Below are positions 1 through 12,139 of a stretch of 64,000 bases of DNA, in pieces; position 1 is the stretch's first letter; every line of letters begins with the position of its first letter. Source of the stretch: Eledone cirrhosa (taxonomy: Eukaryota); assembly GCA_964016885.1 (NCBI GenBank), contig OZ024741.1:21948001-22012000 (forward strand). The letters are read 5' to 3'. Below the pieces are notes generated by a model. The model did not search any database. It saw only the letters and a list, made by a program, of their open reading frames with translations, and was not told where the DNA came from. Both the position numbers and the translations under genes were made by a program.

Positions 1-174
1 CTCTGTCAATTTACCACCTAAGATAGTTTAATCATCATCATCATCATAGTCCCATAACTCCTGATGGAGTCGTAGGGGCGCCATATTGAAATACGACGTT
101 CCAAGGACATTGTATAACCTGAGAAGTTATAGAGGGTGAGAGACTGGAAGTGAGAGATATTAGAAGAATCCTTC

Positions 175-327
175 CCAGTACTAGACTGCTACTTTTTTAT
201 CGACCTCGAATTGATGAAAAGCAAAGTTGACCTCGGTGGGATTTGAACTCAGAGACCAGAAAGCCGAAACAAATACCGCAAAGGATTCTATCCGACATTC
301 TAACGACTCTACCAACTTTCCGCCTTA
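175..327 (-). mobile_element. tRNA-derived SINE (octopus OR-like family)
   Basis: Reverse complement has B-box CTGAGTTCAAATCCC followed by GAGGTCAACTTTGCTTTTCATC...GTCGATAAAA, the core seen in more than 15 copies in this window. Confidence 0.7.
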
Positions 328-916
328 GATAGTTTAATAGCAATGATTAAAAAGGCAAAAATCAAACGAAATATGATTAAATAGTTAAAATACTCGGTCG
401 TTTATAGCCATACTAATGAAACAGTTATGTAAATATACAGTGATAAGCAAGCGATTACAGAGTTAAGCAGTTGTAACTAGACGATCATAGACGGCAACAT
501 ACAACATTAGCCCCTTAGATAACAAACCACCTGAAACCGCCCTGGATTTATGATACAAAACTACTCATGTTAAAATGTTTATCTTTATATTAAAACATTT
601 TATCATAATTTTATTTTAGAAATTTTTCTGAAGTAATATTCTAAATATCCCCTTACTAATGAAAACTTAATTATATTATTAAATTCTGTCTAATGTTTAG
701 TTATTTTCAAAATTAATTGAAGCATATAAACATTGTATTTCATTAGCAAGAAGTAATGAAAGGGTTAAACTTAGGATAACATTCTTGTATAATATCTACA
801 GCAGGATATTTGGTTAATTTATGAAGTTGAAGTTGGAAATGTGTAGAATCGAAGGAACATTATGTATAATGTATTTTGGTCCAACTCTCCCGCTTATTCA
901 ATGTATGTATGTATGT

Positions 917-1451
917 AAACTGGCAACCCCACCAAGGTTTCTTGGTGAGGAGGGTGACTTTGGACATCCTGCAGGACTAAAAACAAAACCTGTCAAAGGG
1001 CAAAGGAGCTCTTAAGAGTCAATGGCCATCCAAAATCACCGGGAGAGATGACCCCTTAGCCTTTGTCAAGGCAGAATTCTAGGTGAAGGAAAACTCTGAT
1101 ATAACACCTGCAACCCTGATGGTATCCAATGATGTTGACTTGTTCTTCTTTTTGGTAAATATCATCTTGGTTAAGAGTGTGGGACTGGCTTTGTGCAGTG
1201 CCTTTGCTCACTATAAAAGCTTCACGGCACAGGCATTGCTTTATATCTGGAGATCTCTCTGCACTTGTCGTCACATGGTACCATGGGCCCAGCACTATGT
1301 GTCAACAATTGTCACAAGTGTAGTGTTTGTACCAGAGTTTTCAAGTCGCTGGCTGGACTAAAAAGTCACACTCGTTCAGCGCATCGGTAGGGATTCTCCT
1401 ACATGGATATAAAGTAGTGGCCGTACTCGAAAACGAGTTGGCAGCCACCAT
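917..1451 (+). mobile_element. Non-autonomous interspersed repeat 'R' (possibly RTE-related), flanked by (TATG)n
   Basis: Near-identical copies at ~26848-27251 (+) and ~34341-34930 (-), diverged copy at ~45915-46201; contains a CTAGG(T/A)GAAGGAAAACTCTGAT motif reminiscent of RTE-clade 5' regions. Confidence 0.6.
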
Positions 1452-1892
1452 GTATGTATGTATGTATGTATGTAAGTTTGTTCTTCTGGTTTTATAATTT
1501 CACAAATTTTTACCAATAGAGAGTCAATTTCTTACATAGACACAAGACTCTCTTATTGGGATTTACACAACATCAACTAGGTAGATATGTATGTATGTGT
1601 GGATGTGTGCATGTGTAGATATGGATGTTATTGTATGTGTGGATGTGTATGTTTTGAGTGTATGTGTGCATGTGTATACGCTTTGTATCTGTACATGTGT
1701 ATATGCAGTTATTAGATGCACAATTTTTGGAATGTTTTACATATTTTTACTGTTCCATAAATGGATTGTACTTGTAATTTCGTAACTAGTTGTGTTCTTT
1801 CTGTTCCTGTGAAGCCCAGCTTCTCAAGATTTGTATTGAGGCAGTTACTAACATATCCCAGTGCCCCAATAATCACAGGCATAAATCTGAAA

Positions 1893-1944
<52 letters not shown>

Positions 1945-2124
1945 CACAAGAATCAAAGCTATGTTCAAAGCATAGCTTTGATCCTTGTGAATTCTATATA
2001 ACTGCTCTGTAGAACAACTGATGTTATTACATTGAGCTATTTATCTTACTGGTAATAAGGTAGTAATAAATTACTGACCTTCACTGTTTATAGTTTAAAA
2101 TATACATAACTATAAAAAGTATCC

Positions 2125-2168
<44 letters not shown>

Positions 2169-2193
2169 GTGTAATATATATATATATATATAC

Positions 2194-2249
<56 letters not shown>

Positions 2250-2837
2250 ATGTATGTATGTATGTATATGGGTGGGTTTTGTGTAGATGGATGGTTTCAA
2301 CACAACCAATTTCTTCTTCTCAGAGGAAGAGAAGAAGTGAGAAAGAAATAACAGTCTATGGTGCCAAACTGGTATATTTTTTATCGACCACGAGATGAAA
2401 ACCCAAATTGACCTAAGCAGAATTTGAACACAGAGAGCAGAAACCCGGAATGAATACCGCAAAGCATTCTATCTGGCGTTTTAACGACTCCGCCTTAGAA
2501 TGGCGAGATATAATAGGAAGGAAAAAAACGACTGCTCCTTACCCGCTATTGACACCGGGATGTTCTAATGAGTCTTATTCGGGCGGTTATAACTCTAGAC
2601 ATACTAGCTTCATCTACTGTGTATTGTAATACATAAACTATTTAATTTCAGTAGCAGTAACAGCTGTACGGTTTATATTTGGTATCAAGAATAGTATCAA
2701 AGACAAAGTTATAAAATAGTCAAGACACACATTTGTAGCTGCCTTGTTAAGATGTTCGCTTAGCAGCCAACTGGTTCTCATTTCGATCCCACTACACGGC
2801 ACTTTAGGTATATATATATATATATACTTTTTTTTAA

Positions 2838-2962
2838 ATATAGAAATGGCTTCTACAGGACTAGAATTGTTTCATTCGAAGGAAGTCATCAGGAAAGTCG
2901 TCTTTCCTGATGATTTTCTTCGAATGAAACAGTTCTAGTCCTGCAGAAGCCATTTCTATATA
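2838..2962. repeat. Inverted repeat/hairpin made of two arms of a degenerate hammerhead-like PLE tail
   Basis: TATAGAAATGGCTTCT...CATCAGGAAAG is mirrored by CTTTCCTGATGA...AGAAGCCATTTCTATA; each arm has CTGATGA...GAAAC; related sequence at ~22730-22835. Confidence 0.65.
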
Positions 2963-3209
2963 AAAAAATTATACTCTGCTATGTATTGAGTACCTTACTT
3001 ACTCTGGTTACCCCCGATTGAACCCGGGATACACATATCTACATCTAAATATATCTATCTAACTATATGATCAGAGCGAGAGAAAGAAAAGAAGGGAAAC
3101 AAAAATAACCAACAATTCACCACCAAATGCGACAGTTGGTCACACATCACATCACAAGGGTCAACGGAAATTTTTGAGGCAAACCAATACGCTCGCAGCA
3201 TTGCAGCGG

Positions 3210-3545
3210 GTGGTGGTGAGGCTGAGACGTTGAACAACCAAACACTCTCACGGGAATCACCTGACACCTCTGTATGGTCGGGAGTTCGAGGCTGAGGCAG
3301 TGAAACAACCAAGTACCCTAACGTGTATCACCTGACACCTCGGTAAGACCGGGTGATGGCGAGGCTAAGGCGTTGAAACAACCAAGTACCCTCACGGGTA
3401 TCACCTGACACTTCGGTAAGGTCGGGTGATGGTGAGGCTAAGGCATTGAAACAACCAAGTACCCTCACGTATATCACCTACCACCTTGGTAAGGCCGGGT
3501 GATGGCGAGGCTAAGGCGTTAAAATAACCAAGCACCCTGACGGGT
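3210..3545. repeat. Diverged tandem repeat, ~73-bp unit, ~4.5 copies
   Basis: GAGGCTAAGGCGTTGAAACAACCAAGTACCCTCACG...TCACCTGACAC recurs with ~73 nt period (e.g. 3361 and 3434); related monomer at ~43510-43560. Confidence 0.8.
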
Positions 3546-3658
3546 GTTAAGTATAATTTTATTTACTGAATGATAACTGGATTATTTTCTATATGCCAGA
3601 AAATAATAGTTTTTTAAATAAATCTAACATTTTCAATAATTATCTTTTCTTATTTCAG

Positions 3659-5359
3659 GCATCACTGCTGGAGATGCTGAGGATTCCCTGTTACGTGGCT
3701 TACTACTATGTTTAGGTTCGATGTGGGCTGCAGTTGGTGTTTACAATGTCACAAGAGATATCGTTAGACCCTTCACCATTCAATGGTCAAATGCAGCCCA
3801 CGAAGCTCTTTTTCCAGGCTATGGAGCTTTCTTCTTTATATTCCTTATTTTTGTTTATGGTTCTATTCTGCATCAAGCAACCTTTACAGCCGTTCTTTCT
3901 TTCGGTCTCTTCTTGTCCACCATTTTTGAAATAGCCTCGTTATGGCGTCCAGTACATTTGAGTGCCGGAGCGTATTATGTCCTACTTTCTGCATTAGTGA
4001 TGTATATGATGTGCCAAAAGTTAATTAGTAAATTTAAAGGAGGAGATTTCAAGATAGTACAGAAGAGAAAAACCTCTGATCCAGACGTCTCCAATGATTA
4101 CACTATCGTTGGGTATTCAATGGAAGTAATAGTTTTTGCTGTGTTTGCTAGTCATGTGACTGGAGCTACAACTGCTGCTAATAATGCCTTCATGTGGGTT
4201 GGTGCGGCGGGATGTTTTCAAGCTGTCTGTGGCGTTGTGGCTTTACGTAGAAATGACCCTTATTGTGGTTGCTTCTTTACTCTATATGGCACATTCTGGT
4301 GTGCTATAGCATATAATCTAGCTCTTGATCATTTTTCTGGCACAAACGACCTGCCATTACTAGCTGTATTCATCTTCTTCACATTAACATTTTTACTGGC
4401 TAGTTTGGTTTCCATAGCCCGAGAAATGTTCCACGCTCTACAGAATATTCTGCTATGTATCTTCTGCATTGCTTTCTGTGTTGATGGCGTCCAAGGTCAT
4501 TTTCTTGGTGGAATTAGTTGGGTTTGTTTTATATTTTCGCTCTACGGACTTGCAGCTCACATGAGTCGTATGAAACAAACCCCTTATAAACTACCGTTAG
4601 GTCGACGACCTTTTGATCGGTTTCAAGTACAACAGAGCCTTAAGAAACATCTCAGCTGCTTTGCAAAATGTTTATACAGGCGAGACACCAAGCAAGATGG
4701 CGACGGGCTGTTCTCGACTGAATTTTCTGCTATGGGTTATTCAAAATATATTGAGCTTGACACTATTGGCTTTGCTGTCAATGCAGTTTCGGCATTATCA
4801 ATTTTGTGGATTCCTGCAAATTTCAAACTTCTCTCCATGCCATGGGCAACCATACTTGGTGGAGTGGCACAGTTTACTGTCGGCTGTATAGGGTTTGCTC
4901 GGGGTCTCACATTCGAAAGTTGTTCGTTTGTTATATTTAGTTCTATGTGGTTGATTCTTGGAACTGCTCGTAGTCTTGGAACGTTGGCCCAAGACAATTC
5001 CGTGGCTATGTGTGTGGGGAGTATTTCTTATATGATCATTCTTTTACTTCTTATAGGACTTTCTCTGGTCGTAAGCAAAACCTGGTTCCTAGTCACTTTT
5101 CTGTTTGAACTAATCGCATTGGCATTTTTACTCAATATTCTGGCTGTTCCTTCTTACGAAGCATATGAAATAATTGTGGTGCTTCTATTCACTGCTGTTT
5201 GTGTTTATGGTTTCTTAGCTTCTGCTTTAAAGGTTGTTTGGGGCCGAGATATTCTCCCAATGGGAAACCCAATCATAGATGTCAGTTTCCTTCATTCTCA
5301 GGGCCATAAAGCATTCTGGGCAGACGCTCAAAAACAATCTGGTGTCAAAGCAATAGCAG
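3659..5359 (+). CDS. Coding exon A of a SatP/YaaH(x3)-YrdC fusion gene: polytopic membrane region with tandem GPR1/FUN34/YaaH-like repeats
   Basis: Acceptor tttcag at 3653-3658, open frame to donor GCAG|gtaagg (5359/5360). Repeat motifs GAAGCFQAVCGVVALRRNDPYCGCFFTLYGTFW and GGVAQFTVGCIGFARGLTFESCSFVIFSSMW resemble SatP [51 protein letters not shown] and YGFLASALKVVWGRDILPMG resemble the SatP C-terminal YLAMGEVLNEQFGRTVLPIG. The exon starts in phase 1, so upstream exons probably lie elsewhere. Confidence 0.85.
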
Positions 5360-5407
5360 GTAAGGAACCCCTTTTCCCCCTATTTTATCTAGCGACCCCA
5401 TTATATA

Positions 5408-5555
5408 TAAGGAGGCAAATTGTCAGAATCGTTAAAACGTCGGACAGAATGCCTTGCGGTATTCGTTCCGGCTTTCTGAGCTCTGAGTTCAAATCCTGCC
5501 GAGGTCAGCTTTACCTTTCATCTTTCCGAAAGTACCAGTCATGTACTGGGGTGGA
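5408..5555 (+). mobile_element. tRNA-derived SINE in intron
   Basis: CTGAGTTCAAATCCTGCCGAGGTCAGCTTTACCTTTCATC core; accounts for the run-on tail of ORF 3721-5622. Confidence 0.7.
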
Positions 5556-6446
5556 CTCATCATCTATATCTCTGCCTCACTTCCTCTCTTTATCATTCTC
5601 TCTCATTTTCTGGACGAAATAAGCTGTAAAAGGATCAACAACAACAACAACAACAACGACAACTACTACTACTACTACTACTACTACATAATTAACCCAC
5701 CACAGCAACAACAGCTATATAATTAAACAATAATTACTACATAATTACACATAATTAAGACCAATTTTATTGGCCACTACATATATATATACAAACACAC
5801 ACATGACAATACTAAGCTAATTTTACCATGTAGAAAGTGTATATACAAACATCAGTTCAATATTAAATTTCGGGTCTCTAATAATCGTCCCCTCCCCCTG
5901 CTAATTAATTTTCAGATGTTTTCCACCCCCCTCGCTCTTATTCCATCTCCCCCGCTTATTAAATTTTACTAATCTATCTCCGACGAAATTTTATTTTAAG
6001 TGGTAGCATTCCTGCGACAATTAATTTTTTTTATGCATTAAAAAACATTATACATGACAATAAAAGTACATTACTAGAAATCCCATATGTTATAAAATAA
6101 ATAGGATGGGTTGGGGTCTCAATATGTAAACTAAACGACTAATTTTTTTTTTTTAAATCAACGGAGACAACCTAGTAACATTACCGATTTTCCAACAACC
6201 CTCCACTTATTCTAACCTTCCTCGTTTATTCCCCTTCCTCCGCTTTTTCCAACTCCATGCTTATTCCACCCCCGCTTATTCCAACTCAACCTGCTATTCC
6301 AAACTGCTTATTTCACCCACCCCTATTATTTGGGACCCGAGAGTACCTCAAATATTATTTCATTTAAAATAATTATTGGAAAGTAAACAAAATAGAATTC
6401 TACGGAATTTCCCGAAATGAACTTAAACCGTGTTTCATCTTTCCAG

Positions 6447-6535
6447 ATATCATGAACCGGGGTGGGATTGTTGGTATTCCAACTGACACTGTTTATGTAT
6501 TGGCAGCCGCAGTAAAATTCCCAGAATCTGTCGAA
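6447..6535 (+). CDS. Coding exon B: start of YrdC/Sua5 domain (DIMNRGGIVGIPTDTVYVLAAAVKFPESVE)
   Basis: ttccag| acceptor and |gtaagt donor, phase 1 to 0; GGIVGIPTDTVY is the characteristic N-terminal YrdC/TsaC motif; absent from the ORF track because it is short. Confidence 0.9.
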
Positions 6536-7620
6536 GTAAGTTAATTTTTCTTTACATAAGATACATTATATAAATTGACCCAAACATGTAGCGGCGACGT
6601 TGTGACACACGGCGTGTCTTGGACAATTTGGAGAAAGTGTCTTTACCACAGCTTCGGGTCAACATAAGCATTGTGTGTAAAATTGGTTAGATAAAAACCG
6701 TGTGGTTGCCCATTGGATGGACTGTAGCTGTAATTTAAAGGGCCCATCCTTGTTACATAATGTGTTTCACCTATCAGACTGTGGAATTGCGTGAAGGGTT
6801 ACATATTGTGGCGGCGATGTATTTGTTTTACAAGGTTTTGATAAGAAATCTTGTGTTGAAACATATTGTTGTTATTAAGAACCTTGAGAACTTATATTTA
6901 TATTTATATTTTTAACTGTTGGTCAATCAATGATAAACATTGATTGCCAACTGAACTATTTATAGAAATATAAAAATATACTGAAACGAAAACCAAACCC
7001 AACAGTCTGTGTGTTTTACTATTTTTGGCAATATTAGGACAACCTTCCCAAATATAACAGTTACATATTCTGTCTAGCCCACCAGAGTGCGGAATTACGT
7101 GAAAGGTACACGTGTTTGCGGAATATTCAACCAGTTACACCTTAATTCAGCTGCTAGACTGTAGTTGTAATTCAAAGGCCCAGCCTTGTTACATGTGTCT
7201 CACCTATCATACTGGGAAATTATTTGAAAGGTTACATATTGTGGCAGTGATGTGTTTATTTTGCAAGTTTTTTGATAAGAAATCGTGTGTTGAAACATAT
7301 ATTTGGAGAGGGTCATGTTGTCCTCATATTGCCAACAACAGTAAAACACACTCACTGTTTGGTCTGGTCTTCACTTCAGTTTCAGTATATTATTTAAGAA
7401 CTTTGATAAATTATATTTCTATTTCTAACTCTTGGTCAATCAATGATAAACATTAAAATACCAATCACAAAACATTAATCATACGATATAAATATTGTGA
7501 TAGTGACCTTGAAGAAGGTTATACAAATATTATAAAAGAGACTACTTAGTAAAATGTTTGATTTCCATTGTCAGCTGTTGTGTAATTCTATTTTTATCTC
7601 TATACCTTTATTGAGTCTAG

Positions 7621-7780
7621 AGAGCATACTTAACCAAGAAACTTGCTGAAGACCGGCCTATGTCTATGTGGATTTCCAATGTTAACCAACTGGCTGCTGG
7701 ACGAGAACAGTTCGGTGAGATGCTCTGGGCCTTCATGAACGCTGTATGGCCCTCTACGATATCTTGTGTGGTAAACAAAG
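7621..7780 (+). CDS. Coding exon C: YrdC domain (RAYLTKKLAEDRPMSMWISN...AFMNAVWPSTISCVVNK)
   Basis: tctag| acceptor, |gttaat donor, phase 0 to 1; aligns with the TsaC IYxxKxRPxxKPL...WPGPLT segment. Confidence 0.85.
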
Positions 7781-8212
7781 GTTAATTCAATATTTATACA
7801 TATATTATTTTTTATAGTTGCCAGGATCGTTAGAATGTCGAATAGAATGTCTTGCAATATTAGTTTCGGCTCTCTGCGCACTGTGTTTATGTCCTTGCAA
7901 GGTCGATAACAAAAATACTACCAGACCTATCATCAAAAGTTTGTTTTGATTTAGCAGCCAACCCTCGCCCGAAATGAGCCTGATAAATCAGACCTATGAT
8001 CATAAGAATCTCAGCATTGACCATGATTGGATTTAGACCTTGGAGGCCCCGAGGCATTTCAGGTTTGGGGGTCCTGGGGCACTTCAAATCCCCCCCCCCC
8101 CAAAAAAAAAATTAGAATACGCAGCAAACCATCGATTTTACATATTTTACATAAAGTTAGCTTGGTGTAAGTAATTGGAATTGAAAAGTTATACATACAG
8201 GTATTAAATTAT

Positions 8213-8236
8213 AACCCTAACCCTAACCCTAACCCT
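8213..8236. repeat. Short interstitial (TTAGGG)n-type tract
   Basis: TAACCCTAACCCTAACCCTAACCC. Confidence 0.6.
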
Positions 8237-8357
8237 CCTAAAACTAAAAAGCCCAGCTGAGAGCACAAATAAATTGCTAGATAATTTTTTCTCAAATAAA
8301 AAGTGCGGTGGATTAGCAGAGCTGGAGGAACGTCGGACAAATGCTTGGCAATTATTA

Positions 8358-8505
8358 ATTATTGTTTCTACTTTTGGCACAAGGCCAGCAATTATCTCAG
8401 TGTATTACTGGTACTTTATATTATCGACCCCCATAAGGATGAAAGGCAAAGTTAACCTCGGCGGGATTTGAACTCAGAATGACAAGGGCCGTAACTCTAT
8501 ACGTC
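8358..8505 (-). mobile_element. tRNA-derived SINE body whose 5' head continues into the 50-bp minisatellite
   Basis: Reverse complement: CTGAGTTCAAATCCCGCCGAGGTTAACTTTGCCTTTCATCCTTATGGGGGTCGATAATATAAAGTACCAG. Confidence 0.8.
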
Positions 8506-9650
8506 AAAGCATGGCGTCTGACCCTCTACCGACACTGCCAATCCACCACCCTTACAAAGCATGGCGTCTGACCCTCTACCGACACTGCCAATCCACCACC
8601 CTTACAAAGCATGGCGTCTGACCCTCTACCGATACTGCCAATCCACCGCCCTTACAAAGCATGGCGTCTGACCCTCTACCGACACTGCCAATCCACCACC
8701 CTTACAAAGCATGGCGTCTGACCCTCTACCGATACTGCCAATCCACCACCCTTACAAAGCATGGCGTCTGACCCTCTACCGATACTGCCAATCCACCACC
8801 CTTACAAAGCATGGCGTCTGACCCTCTACCGATACTGCCAATCCACCACCCTTACAAAGCATGGCGTCTGACCCTCTACCGATACTGCCAATCCACCACC
8901 CTTACAAAGCATGGCGTCTGACCCTCTACCGATACTGCCAATCCACCGCCCTTACAAAGCATGGCGTCTGACCCTCTACCGATACTGCCAATCCACCGCC
9001 CTTACAAAGCATGGCGTCTGACCCTCTACCGACACTGCCAATCCACCACCCTTACAAAGCATGGCGTCTGACCCTCTACCGATACTGCCAATCCACCACC
9101 CTTACAAAGCATGGCGTCTGACCCTCTACCGATACTGCCAATCCACCACCCTTACAAAGCATGGCGTCTGACCCTCTACCGATACTGCCAATCCACCACC
9201 CTTACAAAGCATGGCGTCTGACCCTCTACCGATACTGCCAATCCACCACCCTTACAAAGCATGGCGTCTGACCCTCTACCGATACTGCCAATCCACCGCC
9301 CTTACAAAGCATGGCGTCTGACCCTCTACCGACACTGCCAATCCACCACCCTTACAAAGCATGGCGTCTGACCCTCTACCGATACTGCCAATCCACCGCC
9401 CTTACAAAGCATGGCGTCTGACCCTCTACCGATACTGCCAATCCACCACCCTTACAAAGCATGGCGTCTGACCCTCTACCGACACTGCCAATCCACCACC
9501 CTTACAAAGCATGGCGTCTGACCCTCTACCGATACTGCCAATCCACCGCCCTTACAAAGCATGGCGTCTGACCCTCTACCGACACTGCCAATCCACCACC
9601 CTTACAAAGCATGGCGTCTGACCCTCTACCGATACTGCCAATCCACCGCC
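8506..9650 (-). repeat. Minisatellite, 50-bp unit, ~23 copies, derived from the SINE 5' head
   Basis: Unit ATGGCGTCTGACCCTCTACCGA(C/T)ACTGCCAATCCACC(A/G)CCCTTACAAAGC; its reverse complement matches the GGTGGATTGGCAGTATCGGTAGAGGGTC head of SINE copies at ~27845, ~50085 and ~52445. Confidence 0.95.
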
Positions 9651-9669
9651 ATTATTAATTATGGGTTTT

Positions 9670-10330
9670 ACATTCTGAGTTTAGATCTCACCGAAGTCAA
9701 CTTTGCCTTTCATCCTTCCGGGGTCGATAAAACAAAGTTAAGGACTAAGGTTGATTTTATCAACTTTGCTTTCCCACCCAAATTTGCTGGCCTTGTGTTC
9801 AGTTTAGAAATTAATATATGAGAACGGTGGATTGGCAATATCGGTAGAGCGTCGAACAAAATGTATGGCGGTATTTATTTACAACGTTTAACTTACTGAG
9901 TTCAAATCTTGCCGAGGTCAACTTCGTCTTTCTTCCTTCCGGGTTGGATAAAATAAAGTATTGGGATCGATACAATCGATTTTCCGTTCCCCCAAATTGC
10001 TGGCCTTGTGCCTGAGTTAGAAACGATTATTCCAGACAAAATTGTTTGGTTTCATTCCGAGACAAAACTGTCAAGTTCCTTTTTGAATGAAAAACACATC
10101 ACTATTGTTATCTTACGAGAAGAGATAGACTGCCATAATTGGTGAAGCCTCGGATTAAATTCTATTGCAGTATTTGTTCTGGCTCTGTTGTGAGTTCAAA
10201 TCCCATGAGATCAATTTTGTCTTTCCTACCTCCGGATCGATAAAATAAAGTACATGTTATGTAGAGAGGTTGATTTAATCAATTTTGACCTTGACCCCCA
10301 AATATACTGGTCTTGTGTCTAAATAGAAAT
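9670..10330 (+). mobile_element. Cluster of about three tRNA-derived SINE copies
   Basis: Repeated TGAGTT(C/T)AAATC...CAACTTTG...GATAAAATAAAG...GCTGGCCTTGTG cores at ~9676, ~9897 and ~10191. Confidence 0.65.
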
Positions 10331-10361
10331 CAATCTTGCCATTTTATTATTTCTTGTTTAG

Positions 10362-10567
10362 GACCATGGTTAGATAGCCTGGGAGTTGGTTATGCTGGCA
10401 AATACATTGGTCGACCCGACAGCATCGCAGTACGCATGCCCGATAATATGGTGACGTCATTTTTAATTGATCACACTGGTCCTGTATCAACCTCATCCGC
10501 TAATCCGACTGGTGAAGCTGACACCACACATCATCTACAGGTTATTGCAAAGTTGGGATTGAAAAAT
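10362..10567 (+). CDS. Coding exon D: YrdC domain (GPWLDSLG...SIAVRMPD...GPVSTSSANPTGE...)
   Basis: tttag| acceptor, |gtaagt donor, phase 1 to 0; IAVRMPD and TSSANPTG correspond to the YrdC/Sua5 motifs xAVRxP and TSANxSG. Confidence 0.9.
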
Positions 10568-11879
10568 GTAAGTTGGTTATTCATTTTTACCTCTTAGTCA
10601 GGGAAGGAAAGGCAGCTTTTACGATACTTTTTTTTCCAATATTTTTGCGATTATTGGGAGGAAAGGAAAGAAGATATCCTTGGAGATCTGTTTGAATGCT
10701 TGTAACAGACTGAACCTCTCTAAAAGTACCTAATGACCAAGTACATGGGTTAAACCAGGCGATGGATTAAGTCTACCGCTCATAAACACAAGACGAAATG
10801 AGGCGGAACAAATTCCGACAATTCACCGTCGCGGATTGATACTTTAATTTATCGACAGTGAAAGTAGAAAATGCAAAGTTGACCTCGCCGGGATTTGAAC
10901 TTTAAACGAAAAAAGAAAGAAAAAATCAACACTGCAAAAACATTGCAAAGAATTTCGCCCGCTGCTCTATCAACTCGGCCTGGATTGGTACTATAATTTA
11001 TTAACCACGAAAGAATGGTAGACAAAGTTAACTCCAGCAGAGTTTAACAATTAAAATCTAAAATTTGTCTCAACCCGATCACCAGGCCGGTGCTTATTCA
11101 GGTTTCCGTGACGTGAAGCGACTGAGAATACAAGACTTCCCCTGGACAGGACGCCAGTACATCGTAGGGTTAAACCCCAAGCTATTGTTGGTACTACTGC
11201 AAGTGATTTTCTCTTACGCTCTTACGAGTCTACCATTTAGCTACATTAAACTGTGGCATTACTTACCTCTTTCACAGAAAAGTATCATTGACATGGATGG
11301 AATCCAGATACCTCAAACCTGCACTCAACAGAAATATCGAAAAACATTCTCCAATGGGTCAAACCAGCCATAACTTCTTGGACAGCATAAAACCTTTGCA
11401 TTCCTCCGTAGTCGTTGATGACAGGAAACTAAAGCGTTAGAACTCACTTCTCTGCAATACTTGCAATACTATATTCGCTCATCTTTTCCTTGTTGTTTAA
11501 AAGGATCCTTAATCACATGAGGCTCGAAAGATCTACGAAGATAATAAATGTAACGCTCTCTCTTTTAGAACAAACCATAGAAGGAAAATTTCAAATCATT
11601 GATTCCTTCATTCTAATGTTTTATTTAACTTAAGACTTCGTCCCACAAGAGAAAAAACATTGCAGGAGCTGCTGCAGCAATCTGCCAGCTCCAGCATCCA
11701 GTAATCAGAATAAAGGAGAGAGGCATCAAATCCAAACTCACTATTTTCAATTCGGTATTCGTGACAACCCTTACCTAAGGTCTTGGGTAATGACCGAAAG
11801 AATACAAGCAACTGAAATGGGGTTCCCCAAAGGGTCTTTGGTGTAACGTTACTTGATAGAGTACATAGTTCTGAAATCA

Positions 11880-12139
11880 AATTGGACAGATTTTATCAGA
11901 AAAAACCAACTGACTGGATACCCAGGGGTAGACCCCAAGCAAGATGGTTGGATAACATCCATGATCTTGGCTGGTCTCGCTTGGGGATCCAGCTGGATCA
12001 GTTGGAGACGGTTGCTTCTGACAGGACCCACTGGAAGGGGTGTTTGAGGACTCTGCCTCCACGACATATCAAGAAGAAGAAGAAGAAGAAGAAAAAGAAG
12101 AAGAAGAAGAAGAAGGAGGAGGGGGGGGGGGAGAAGAAG

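Noticed and set aside
5360-5622. C-terminal 87 aa of ORF 3721-5622
   Set aside because: Lies past a strong donor site and consists of SINE sequence; the real frame continues at 6447.
6720-7460. Intronic diverged duplication (~6720-6945 versus ~7155-7455) as alternative exons
   Set aside because: No shared open frame or YrdC similarity; looks like decayed repeat copies.
8213-8236. Telomere or chromosome-fusion signature
   Set aside because: Only about four TTAGGG units inside an intron; too short to imply anything.
8506-9650. CRISPR-like appearance of the regular arrays (also 24066-25724 and 40098-41490)
   Set aside because: Units are contiguous with no unique spacers, there are no cas genes, and the context is eukaryotic.
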